Of a stretch of 64,000 nt of DNA, positions 39,926-51,750 are shown one piece after another. The stretch is taken from positions 108,068,001 to 108,132,000 of the forward strand of contig NW_024704742.1 in assembly GCF_018977255.1 (NCBI RefSeq), read 5' to 3'. Position 1 is the first letter of the stretch; each line of letters starts with the position of its first letter. The translations under genes and the position numbers were made by a program. The notes under the pieces were generated by a model. That model was not told the origin of the DNA, searched no databases, and was given only the letters and a program-made list of their open reading frames with translations. The DNA is from Callorhinchus milii (taxonomy: Eukaryota).

Positions 39926-40128
39926 ATAATATGGAACTCACTGGAATGCCAAAGAAACTGTAGTTCAAGCATCAACATAATTAAGAGGAAACATGAGGAA
40001 GAATGGAACAGAGGGGTCTGAGAGAGGAGATTAGGAGGGGAGGGCTAATGTGGAGTATAAATATTAGCTCGGATTAATTAGGCTGAATGTCCTGATTCCA
40101 TGCTGCATGGTCTATATAATTTGATTTA

Positions 40129-40449
40129 AATAATAATAATAATAATAATCCTTGCATTTGATATAACACTTTTCATGTCGGGAGGACGTCCCAAAGCGCT
40201 TCACAGAACACACTGTAAAGTGTAGTGACTGTATATTTGTGGGCGAACACGGCAGCCAATTGCGCACAGCAATGTCCCACAAACACTCGTAGATTGAAAA
40301 TGACCAATTTATTATTGTTTTTGGTTTTGGAGGGATTATTATTAGACGTGTGGAGTAAGGAAACTTACCCAAGGTTTCGCCCTGTCTGGAATTGAACTCA
40401 TGTCTCTCACTTGCAAGGCGAGTGCTCTAACCACTGAGCTACAGGACTC
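40129..40449 (-). mobile_element. tRNA-derived SINE, short variant, young full-length copy
   Basis: Near-identical to 63281-63602 and to the reverse complement of 42861-43190. Confidence 0.93.
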
Positions 40450-41649
40450 AAAAAATACTCCCTGATATACAGAATTATCAAATAAAACTCCAGCATAACA
40501 ACAGATAATGGAAAATATGCAGCATATTGATCAGCATTTGAAATTAAAGGTAGATTCATTTTCCTTTCCTTCCCCAGTAGCACAGGAATCCTCATATTCC
40601 ACATTCAATCATTAGGTCTACTGTCTACTGTGCTAGTATGAATCCATCTCTTTCCAGACTGTAAAAAAAATCTTTGCCCTGATAATGAATGCAGAAACAC
40701 TTTCAATAATTCATGCTAAAATTCCAGCTCTTATTCTTTTTATGGATACAAATCACAGATAAAAACACAATCAAGTGCTCTTTTTCCCCTGAAATTCTAC
40801 AATTTTGCCATCTTCATTAGAATCCTTTGTCTGTTGTGAAAGTCTTGAAGTTTTTTTGCAGCAGATATTTCTGTTTAGTGATGGGCTGCCTCCTAATCAG
40901 CCTTTAAGTAGAGCGGTTGGTTGATTTTGTATTTATGAAATTGACAAGTAGATCATTAGAAAAGCGACAACGAGGCTTACAGCAATATCACAAAATGAGG
41001 ACGAAAAATTCCCCAATTACAGTCCTGTAATGAATGTCTGCAAGAAGTGTTGGTCTCTCCTGACAGGTGCCAATTAGGGAGTACTCTGCTTCCAAATTAG
41101 CCACCATCTGAGCTCCACAGTGAAGAAATCCTTCCCATTTACTGCTGACACCATATGGCTCACAGAAAGCTGTCTTTACAACCTCTGAGCGACCTCATAG
41201 GGGGAGTCAGGCACATTGAAAGATTAGCCACCTGTGGAGAGCAGAATCATTTTATTTTATGTCTGAGGTCACTGGGATGTCTTAAAATGATTCCTCAATG
41301 GGCTGCTTCAGTAATCCATAAACTGATATTCGTGACGGTGAAAGTTAAATTGTCTGCACAGAGCACAATTAAAAGCCAATTATTACTCAAAATGACTATT
41401 GTAGTAGCCTATAACGGCTTGCCAACCTGGCATAACTCCAGCCTAGATATTAGGATCCACATAATGTTTAGGTTAGTCTTTCTAAATTTATTACATATAA
41501 GATTGCTTACAAATACACAATCACTCCATTTAAAAGTAAAATCATGAGAAGCTTTGAGATATCTTGACGACATAATAAGGCGCTATATCAAATGCAAGGA
41601 TTATTATACATTATATTTGTATGTCTTTGTGTGTGTGGTGGAGGGGAGG

Positions 41650-42580
41650 GCAAGAGCAACAACAACAACTCGCGCTTATGTGGTGCCCTTCATGCAAGTC
41701 AGAAAGGGAGTTTGGTCAAAGAGGAAAGTCTTCAGGTGTGATTTGAAGATGGACAAATAGGGGGCAAGATGGAGAATTAAGGCAAGGAATTCCTGAGATT
41801 TGGGGCATTGTGGCTGAAAGCACGGCTACCATTTGTGCAGCATAGGGAATGAGTGAGGTGCAGCAGCCCCATGCCAGCTGAGTAAAGGTGGTGAATGGGG
41901 TGTGAGCTGATCAGAGATGTCATGAGGTGCCGGGGCATGAAGGGATTTGAAAGTGAGAATGAGAATCTTGAAATCAATCCGTTCTGCAACAGGAAGCCAA
42001 TCGAGCCTGGCATAAACTAAAGTGATGGTAAGGTCAAGGGTGAAGACAAGGGTGCGGATAAGGGTGGCAGAGCTTTGAATCATTTAAAATTTGTTAATAG
42101 TGGAGATAGGAGACAGGTGAGAAGTGCATTGGAAAGATTAAGGAAGGAGGCGATGAAAGCATGAATTTGAAATAAGATAGGGGCGAAGGTGGGTGAATTG
42201 GAGAAGGTGGAGGAAGATAGTCCTGGTCAGTAACAGGATGTGTGGTAGGAAGGATAATTGGGGATTGAACCTGACGCCAAGGTTGCGTACAGGTTTGGTG
42301 AGTCTGAGGGATAGATAGGGAAGGTTAAGAAGTCCAGAATCACTGGTGAGAAGATGCTGACGGGAGCTTTTGTGTTGGATGGCTTTTGTGTTGTCCTGTT
42401 CAGCTGCAGAAAGTTAGCCTTTGATGTCACACAAAAGGACAGTTAGAACATCGGTAGGACTGGGGCTGTGACTAGAAAAGAAAAAATAGATTTGGGTGTC
42501 ATCTGCATGCATGCGGAATGTCTGCAGATTATATCACCAAGAGGGAGCAAGTAAATGGGCAAAAGAAGGCGGCGGAGAAT
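41650..42580 (-). mobile_element. Old L2 LINE fragment
   Basis: ARLDWLPVAERIDFKILILTFKSLH, SRAFSHNAPNLRNSLP, ANFLQLN, ADDTQ-like gggtgtcatctgc. Confidence 0.8.
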
Positions 42581-42860
42581 AGAGGCATTTATAAATGCCA
42601 ACACTGTCCAGAGATGTGGTCTAATCGCACCAGAGAAAGTCATCTTTCTTTTGTTCATAGGGAGCAATAAAAGCAAACAATTCTACTTTTGAGAGTAATT
42701 TAATATTTAAAAACATTCAATTGAATATTTAATTATTAAGGCCAGGATGGTCCAACTATTTGACTGTTGAGGGCCGGATTGCAGATTTGAGAAACATCTG
42801 TGGCACATAAGCAATATTTTTGTGTTTCCCTTCCAGAAAAATAACCTGTAACAATCATAT

Positions 42861-43190
42861 GTGGAGTCCTGTAGCTCAGTGGTTAGAGCACTCACTTTGC
42901 AAGCGAGAGACCTGAGTTCAATTCCAGGCAGAGGGCGAAACCTTGGGCAAGTTTCCTTACTCCACACACAGCCTAATAATAATCCCTCCAAAACCAAAAA
43001 CAATAATAAATTGGTCATTTTCAATCTATGACTGTTTGTGGGACATTGCTGTGTGCAATTGGCTGCCGCGTTCGCCCACAAATATACAGTCAATTCACTT
43101 TACAGTGTGATCTGTGAAGCGCTTTGGGACGTCCTCCCGACGTGAAAAGCGCTATATCAAATGCAAGGATTATTATTATTATTTATTATT
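42861..43190 (+). mobile_element. tRNA-derived SINE, short variant, young full-length copy
   Basis: A and B boxes, Deu-like segment, tail gaagcgctttgggacgtcctcccgacgtgaaaagcgctatatcaaatgcaaggattatt. Confidence 0.93.
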
Positions 43191-43324
43191 ATATAGAAAT
43201 CCAATGTTTAAATTGTATAACTGTATTACCTAATTTCATTATATTTTAGTTACAATGTGAACTTTAAATAGGCAATGTAAAAATTCATACAAATTTTAAA
43301 ACGATGATACAGTCAGCGACGAGG

Positions 43325-43465
43325 TATCTCTTTGTATCTGTGGCTCTCTGTATCTGTGAGTGTGTCTCTGTGTGTTTCTCCCCATCTACGTGTATCTCTG
43401 CAACTGTCTGTGTCTCTGTATTTGTCTGTCTGCATGTGTCTCTGTATCTCTTTCTCTGTCTTTCT
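43325..43465. repeat. Degenerate (CT/GT)-rich simple repeat
   Basis: Recurring tatctctg / tgtctctg units. Confidence 0.7.
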
Positions 43466-43619
43466 CGATAAGTTCTGCTGCTAACTGATGCCTTGTGCTG
43501 CTGTTTTTCCTGCTAGGGCAAACTAAGCACGGGCTCCTAACACACAGTGTGACTGTGTTCACAAGTGGAGGAAATCATCCCCTGGGTCGAATGCGGCCAG
43601 CGGGATGCCATCCTGGTCT

Positions 43620-43905
43620 AGGCTGACACTCTATTTTTGGAGGTGCTGTCTTTCGGGTGAGAGTTCAAACCGAGGTAAACGTCTGCCTGTTCAGGTGAAT
43701 TTTCAAGATCCCATGGCGCTGTTTGAAAAAGAAGGGTGTCCTGGCCCTGGAATAAAATTGATCATTTACTTCATGCTGTTTATGAAACATTGCAGTGCTC
43801 AAATTGGCTGCCATGCTTGCCTACAGTGTATATTTGCAAAATCCTTTGAAATTTCCTTCCAACATGAAAGGTTTTACATCAAATGCAAGGATTATTATTA
43901 TTATG
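43620..43905 (+). mobile_element. Deu-domain SINE fragment
   Basis: ggaggtgctgtctttcgggtgagag..aagatcccatggcgctgtttgaa..tgcaaggattattattatt. Confidence 0.75.
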
Positions 43906-46227
43906 AATGGAACCAGTACATCCACTGGCAAAGTCATATATTTATATGATGGCATAAAGTGTAATGGCTGCTTCTTCAAATGTGAAGAGAATATTGGGAT
44001 TTTCTGTAATTCCTTTGCAATTTTGTCCCTGGTTGTTCATTCTTCCCAGTAAATTCAATGTTTAAATAGGAGGGAACCTCTTATGACCTACTCATGTACT
44101 GGAAGTGATGTGTGCTGGCAATAATATTGTTCAAACAGATGGTAGCAATGTTTCAGTTTCACTGAATTTTGTACTTTGGAAACCTTTACAAGATAAGTGA
44201 AACCATTGAGCAAAAGGAAGCTTTCACGTGTCCCAGAGAACCTTACCTCACTATAACAACCTGCCTTGGAATCTAAATGACTTTGGTTATGTATTCTGAC
44301 CATAATGCAGTGCCAGAATACCAAGTGTAGATAGGCAATATAAACAGAGGAAGTGTAAACTATTTTTTAAAACTATAAAAATATAAGAGCAAGTAATTGT
44401 GACCAAGAAAGAATGCTTGTGAAACAGCAAAACATGATTTTTTTGGAATAGAAAATGCTTGCATAATTGCCCCACATTATCAGTGAAATGGTCTGACATC
44501 GTATTTGTAAAGATGTCAAATTCATGTTAATTATGCTGTTTGCAAACCAGACTGATAAGAATTTTGCTCAATCAACAAAAATTTGCATTTATATAGTGCC
44601 GCTCATTCAGGGCAGCGGCCCCAAGCATTTAGGATGAAACAAATACATTTGAGTTATACACTATTATATTCAGAAAAGGAACTCTTGATAAACTAATCCA
44701 AAAGAAAATTTCAAAGCAATTTCATTCATGTCTTGATACAAGAAATGCAGTAATTTAGGCAAACACAGCAATCGATTTGCATTGTTGTGTGCAAATTTGC
44801 TGTTGTGTTTGCCTACAAATACACAATCATTACACTTTACAGTAATTCTTGCAAAGCACAGTGAGACATCTCAAAGACGTGATGAGGCGCTATATCACAA
44901 ATCAAAACATTTACAGGCAATAACATATGCAACAACATGCAAGACATGCCTGTTAATCAATAAACATTTTCTCTTCGACTTTCTTTTAGAGACAGTAGCT
45001 AAGTACAGTACAAGGTGAAACTTGCAACCATGTCTGAACTAAATGCATGGAAATATTTTGCAACATTTTCATTTGTACTTGGCAAGAGCCCTTTCCTAAC
45101 TGATTTCTGTTCTCAAAACGTACATCCTGGAGCTTTCTCAATGCAATTGAGGACCAGACTGATCACAAAGAAACCACCTTGGCTGCTAAGGAGAATCAGC
45201 TGGGACTTTGAACAATTTATCCTGTTAAAGGATCCATGATTGTAAACCTGAGCTACAGTTTAGACTCAGCGATTGCATGCTAAATTAACACTGCGTCTCT
45301 GGCTATAATTTATTTATCGGAGCCCAACATGAAATGAGACAGTAGGTTCAAGTACAGCCCAATGTGAATATGCATCTCGAGCAAATATTTCTGGCATGTA
45401 TAAATAACAGGAAGCGAAGAACATTCATTACAAACACCCAGCACTAGCAATACCATCTGCTGAGGAAAAACATAGTTGCAGTTGGAGTGAAATTAAAGCA
45501 TCAACATTTTGTTTTTAATGATCTTATGATCAATTTTAGTCCAGATTTATGAATTCAGTGCTTTGGTTGTTCCTGCATGTTTCGCCTGGTTTAGAGACAC
45601 AATGGTTTATAAATAATGCAGGAAATTTTTTTTAAAAGTAAGAAAAATAATTATGGTACTTCAAACGGGAGACTTTCCTTTTTTATATATAGATTTTACT
45701 GTAGTCCTCTGAGGCATCTGGGAGCAAACCATATTTGAACCCTTCAAGTTTGACTTGTGCCTTGAAGGTGGGTGTGAGGCCTTTGATGTGCTTTTGCCTT
45801 TCATCTTTCTAATCACTTTCGCTGATCCGGATGCCGTGCTATTTACATAGGAATAATGGCGCTTTGCCACATTTATAATCCGATGTTATATTTCTTCACA
45901 CCATATGACAGAGAACAAAACAGAAAAAAAAACCATGAATCAACATGACTCGTGCAACAACCAAAAATCTCTGCTGAAGGTTAGGTTGGACCGTTTGCAA
46001 AAATGAGGGCAAAACCCACATCAAAAGGACACGCACTTTAGAGATGCAAATACATTCTGACTACTTCATTCATCCTTTGAAAAGGTTATTGCAAATTTGA
46101 CTGAAAGAGTTATAAAGGAATTTTTTATTATATGCGTGCTTTGAGCCTGACTTAATGTACTCCATACAGGTATAGTTTTCTACTTGTTTTTATGTGCTTC
46201 TGCGCATTTTATTAAACAGACACTAAG

Positions 46228-46530
46228 AAAGAACTTGCATATTTATAGCACCTTTTCCCATCAAAATATCTCAGAGAGCTTCACATGTAATTAGTATTAA
46301 GCATAGTGATTGTTTTTGCAGGTAAATTCAGCCACCATTAAGAGCAACAAAGTCCAGCGAACCACCCTGAGGTGAATGATCAATTCATCTGGATAGTTGG
46401 CCAGGACACCAGCAGAACCTCCCTGCTGTCTTGGAAGTGTGAATCTTTACCATCCACCTGAATGGGTTGTTAGATCTGTAGTTTAATATTTCATCCAAAA
46501 AGACAGTACCACTGACAACAGACTGTGCAG
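46228..46530 (-). mobile_element. Degenerate Deu-domain SINE
   Basis: gaacttgcatatttatagcacc..atctttaccatccacctga..gtttaatatttcatccaaaaagacagtacc. Confidence 0.6.
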
Positions 46531-48396
46531 TAGACATTGCTGAAGAAAGTGACAGCTTCAGCAGTCGTGATTGTCGGAGGCTGCATTAAACAAGCATCTT
46601 ACTACTTAAAAGGCGCTGTTTATTGGCATGGTGCGAACAGCAAATTTGCACTTTGCAAAAGTGATGCTTGTTGCAGTGAGTGCACAGGCACTAATTACAT
46701 TTTTCAAATAAAGCTAACTCTTCCCCCCCCTCCCAAATCCCACAGAAATGTGAAACCATCTCACATGATCTTATTTAATCCTTTAATACCCCATAAAACA
46801 CCTTGTAGGATTTGCATTTTGTCACGTTAGAATTTATAGGATTTGGTGCGAAAATGTAAGAATCCTGTAGGATTGTTTTGAATGCGGCAGCGTATCATGG
46901 CTAGCTCATTTACATTGTACAGCAATAGCTGTAAGTTTACACTGTGAGAATTTTTAGTTTGGCAGCATGGTCACCCACCTGGCATAAGAGATGGCTGAAT
47001 TGGCAATAACAAATGGCATTGCAAGAGTTATGGGACACTGTTTATTTTCATTATCAAGATGTCTCATTGCTTAATGTTTCTCGTCAAGCACGTTTTCAAT
47101 CCAGATCTTTCTTAACAGTGTATTGTTTGTTTTTAAAGTAGATACAGACATATGATGAAATAAGGAGCATATAGTATTTACAACGCATCCATATGAGGCT
47201 TACAGTAGACATTAATATGCATGTAGCATTGGACCAGTTATTCACCTGAACGGGTTTTAAACAATGTCAGAAACAATGGAAGTGAACAATGTCAGATGCT
47301 TTTTTAAATATTCGCAAATGAGTGTGACAAATTTGCCAGAATCATAAAGACAACACATGCAGCCATGAGCCTTACGTTGAACTTACTTTCTTAATTCCTG
47401 TGACAATTTCAAATGTTGATTAAAATGCATGGCTTCAATTTGTCCTCATTTGCAGGCGGATCTCTATTTCCTGCCAAGAGCAAGCAAAGGTTTTAAATAC
47501 CTTTTACCAACCAAGTGTTTCTTACCAAGATAATAAAATGAATAAAGGACATTTTTCAAGATGACAAAAATCTGTAATGAGAAAACAAAGTTCCAAGAGT
47601 AGCATTCTGTCATCCCAAAATTCACTGGGGGTTTCATTAGATCGAGGAAGATGGAATGTGCTGCCTTTTCAATTTCTCCAGTAATGTTGCTATTTTTCAT
47701 AATCATACATTCTTTGATTACCAGAGCTCTCCCCTGTCATAGTATCTCACAGAGGCTCTTTAGAAGCCTAAAGTGTAAGAGCCTGTAATTTGTTTTCAAG
47801 AGATTATGACCTTTATTTTATAGTTCCTATTAGTGGACTTGGCATTGAGATGCTGCTAATTGTATCGGTGCTGTGATGCTAATTTGTTCTACTATATTGG
47901 TTTGCGCTGACACTTGCTTTAGTGCTATAAAGAACACTGAATGGGAGCAGTGCACAAATTTGATCTCCAGCATTACAACACAAAATGTAATGTTAAATGT
48001 AAACTCTAAAAAGAAAAATATATCACCATCGCATGATGTGCTACAGAAATGCATGATTTTCATGTTGTGTCTGTTTGGTGGCAATTTGCTGCCAATTAGG
48101 AAGCATAAATAGGTCCAAACAGTGTGAATTATGCTGAAGTCTCTCTCCTGGAGCAGCTGAGAGAAGGTCTGTCAGGAATAGTGCAATTGGCACTCATTAC
48201 AATATTGTACCGGGCTCACTGTCTCTGTGGGTTTTTGAAAGTTGTTAATGCAGCCCTGGGAACACAGCACTACTCGGGCTTCATCAATCGGCACCAAGTA
48301 ACGCGAGAGAAAAATTGCCCGAGCAGAACTCTGTTAATGATGTAAAGTTGATTTATTTGAGGAAGGAGGTTTTGATTCCAATAATTGTTGTGAAAA

Positions 48397-48668
48397 ATAA
48401 TTCTTGCATTTGATGTAGCACCTTTCATGTCAGGAGGATGTTGCAAAGCACTGTAAACTACAGTGGCCGTAAATTTGTAGGAAAATCAACAGGCAATTTG
48501 TGCACAGCAATGTTCCACAAATGGCTGTGAAGTGAATGACCAATTTTATTTGGGGGATTGTTGGCCAAGGCACTATGAGAAACTTTCTTCTCTTTTTGAA
48601 CAGTGCCACGGGATCTTTAACATCCACCTGAACAGACAGACTGGACCTCGGTTTGATAACTCATCTGG
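48397..48668 (-). mobile_element. Deu-domain SINE fragment
   Basis: cagtgccacgggatctttaacatccacctgaacagacagactggacctcggttt. Confidence 0.75.
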
Positions 48669-48998
48669 TTGACCAAACAAAATCAGTTAATATTGAACTA
48701 CCTTTTTGTGGGGTTTGAAGTGTTCCAATGGAGAATAGTGTCTGATAATTTGTACTAAATGTTACCAACAATCCCTTCAAAAATTATTATTTGTCAGCAG
48801 AATCCACCTGAAAATGAGAAATTTCCAGCTTACAGGAAAAAATTGATAGATGTTTTTACAGCGATATTGCAATTATAATCACATAACACAGTATTTAGTT
48901 TCTCATTACACAAAGAGATTTAGTAAAACATATGAACTGGTGACTGTCCTTATTTCTGTTTGTTTGTATCTAAAGGGCATATCTATTAACTGTTCTAT

Positions 48999-49360
48999 AG
49001 AGTCCTGAAGCTCAGTGGTTGGAGCATTCGCCTCACAAGCGAGAGAATTGGGTTTGATTCCCGGCATGGCGAAACATAAGTTTCCTTATTGCACACATCT
49101 CTGTTCACCTAGCAGTAAGTAAGAACCCAGTTGATAGTCGATTGGCAGATCGCTTTTCCTGGGTAATAATTCCTTTTAAAAAAAATGGGTCACTCAATCT
49201 ACAACTGTTTGTGGGACACTGCTGTGTGCAATTGGCTACCGCGTTTTGCCCACAAAAATATACAGTCAATTCACTTTACAGAATATTCTGTGAAGCACTT
49301 TGCGACGTCTCGATGACATGATAAGGCACTATATCAAGTGCAAGGATTATTATTATTATT
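48999..49360 (+). mobile_element. tRNA-derived SINE, long variant
   Basis: Head, central block ctgttcacctagcagtaagtaagaacc, (TTA)n tail. Confidence 0.9.
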
Positions 49361-49544
49361 GTATACCTCCAACTCTCATGCACTACATCACTGCTCAGAA
49401 AGATGTGTTTATCTGAATTATTTTAACTGGATGTTATATTGTAATATATTGAATACTGATTAATTTAGCCAGTGTAATCTACAGATGGGAGATATTGTAA
49501 ATAACAAATAATTGGAGGGTGAGTGGGTTGAGTTATTTATTATA

Positions 49545-49813
49545 ATCCTCCTCGTCCCCTGAGTCCTCCGCTCCACCCTCGGCGGCCGTGCCTTCAGCAA
49601 CTATGCCCCGAGGCTCTGGAACTGCCTTCCTCACTCCCTTCGCCTCGCTTCCTCCCTTTCCATTTTCAGGTCTCTGTTGAAGACCTTTCTTTTCGACTGC
49701 GCCTTTGGTCACTTTCCCCTCCCTCCCCCTGGCTCGGTCCCGGGATCCGTTACTGTAAAGCACTCTGAGACGCCGTCCGGCGTGAAGGGCACTATATAAT
49801 CCAAATTGTTGTT
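49545..49813 (+). mobile_element. L2 3' end of a distinct subfamily
   Basis: LGGRAFSNYAPRLWN-like ctcggcggccgtgccttcagcaactatgccccgaggctctggaac; tail aagcactctgagacgccgtccggcgtgaagggcactatat. Confidence 0.8.
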
Positions 49814-50129
49814 ATCAATGTCGGCTTAGTATCACATGAGAAGATTGATCTTTCAATATGTATGATTTTTATTGCTGATCGAAATAGTTCCATTGTGCAT
49901 GCCTTACTTCAACCAATAAAATACATGCATTTAATATGTGTGCTTTTTTCAGGGGATGTGTACTCAATATGAGATCCTATATTGGTAACAACCACTGAAT
50001 GAATTCTCCTAAAATAGTTTATGAACTGGAATGAGTAACTCCAGGCAGTACCCACCCTGATTTCTTAGCAAACTCTTATCAAAGTTGTAGCCCTCTACTA
50101 GGTTAATTGTTCAGCCAGAGAATTACTAA

Positions 50130-50439
50130 AATAATAATAATAATAATCCTTGCATTTCATGTAGCGCTTTTCACGTCTTCTGGACGTCTCAAAACGTTTC
50201 ACAGAATATACTGTAAAATGAATTGACTGCATATTTTGTGGGTGAAACTCGACAGCCAATTGCGCACAGTAGTGTCCCACAAACAATCGTGGATTGAAGT
50301 GACCAATTTATTATTGTTTTTTTTGAGGGATTATTATCAGACGTGTGGAGTAAGGAAACTTGCCCAAGGTTTCACCCTGCCGGGAATCGAACCCAGGTCT
50401 CTCACTTGCGAGGTGAGTGCTCTAACCACTGAGCTACAG
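50130..50439 (-). mobile_element. tRNA-derived SINE, short variant
   Basis: Reverse complement of the family consensus, ending gctctaaccactgagctacag. Confidence 0.9.
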
Positions 50440-50479
50440 CACAACAGCAACAACACTGCAGAAATACCCCCAACATGCA

Positions 50480-50772
50480 GAAATCTCCAAATTACTTCAC
50501 CTACCTGGTTGCTCCATTTACTCAACTGGCACCTGCCTGCTTCATGTTTTCCCGCTCTACCTGCCTCACCATTGGCAGGCGAGCTTTCAACCTTTATTTC
50601 ATCACTCTTTGGAACTCCATCCCGGAGATCCCGGTGCATCTCAAGACCAAACTTCGGTCATCGTTCCCCTCCCCACATACCCCACCCCCAGCTCAGGTGC
50701 CAAACCAGGAGTATTAAGTGCTTTGAGACATTCTCCTGTTGTGAAAGGCACTATATAAATATAAATTTGTAT
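50480..50772 (+). mobile_element. Old L2 3' fragment
   Basis: TIGRRAF..LWNSIP..LKTKL in ORF 50475-50717, followed by the tail. Confidence 0.7.
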
Positions 50773-51459
50773 TGCATTGTTATATCTTTGTGTAGACTGC
50801 AGAGAATGGACTAGATCAATAGCTGAAAAGGAACACGTAGAAACACAGAAATTTTCAGCACAGAAGGAAACCATTTGGCTCATTGAGGGCATACCACTGA
50901 TACCCATGTTACTTTTATTAATCTCATATTCCAGCTCTTTCCTCAAATTCCTTAAGGTTTTACTGCTTAGTAAAATAGTTTGGGCTAGTTGAGAGAACGT
51001 TGCTAAAAGTTGTCAGGAATTTCTCACTTACACAAGGTTAATATGTTTCATTTTTCTCATGTCCAAAATTCCTTTGAATACGTTATTCAGATTGTAAGCA
51101 AGTTCCTTTCATGTAATGAGAAGCAGATTCTGAGGTCTGAAATGAATATGTCACAGGCCACATGAATATGAATGGCAAAACAGGTCCTTTAGTTCTGCTT
51201 TGGTCCAAGATTAAATTTTAACATTGATAACTTGGTCAAAGAGAATCTCATTGGAGTATCCCACCTTCAAAAGGAAAGAACAGAGAGGATAAAATAATGT
51301 ACAGAATTTCCCTAATTTAAAAGAATTTCGGTAGGAGTTCAGACATCTTGGAGAGATATAATGAAAGTTAATTTGTGCCGTGTTCTGTAGTTATGCTCAA
51401 TGGTGTGCCAATTTTGGTGATTCTATCTTGTGGTATAAGATAAGACTTTTATTAGGGTT

Positions 51460-51750
51460 AACTTAATGAGGTGGAGTGAGGTAGGGAGGTGCTAGAATGT
51501 GAGGATCTTCAAATCAATCTGTTCTACAATAGGGAGCCAACGGAGCCTGGCAAGGACTTGCAGTAATGGGGGTGCAGAGTTTGGAATGGGTGAGAATACA
51601 GTTGGCAAGAGTTTTTAAATCAGTTGGATTTTATAGATGGTGATACTGGGGAGATCAGCAAGGAGGGTGTTGGAAAAATCAAGGCAGGAGGTGCCAAATA
51701 CATGAATCAGAGTTTTGGTTGCATTGGGTGTGATGTGGTTGGCGATGTGT
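51460..51750 (-). mobile_element. Old L2 fragment
   Basis: Reverse complement reads SCLDFSN..LLA and RLRWLPIVEQIDLKILTF-like. Confidence 0.6.

Noticed and set aside
40112..40372. Recurrent short ORFs containing IKCKDYYYY or CAQLAA (many places)
   Set aside because: Translations of the SINE body and (TTA)n tail, not a peptide family
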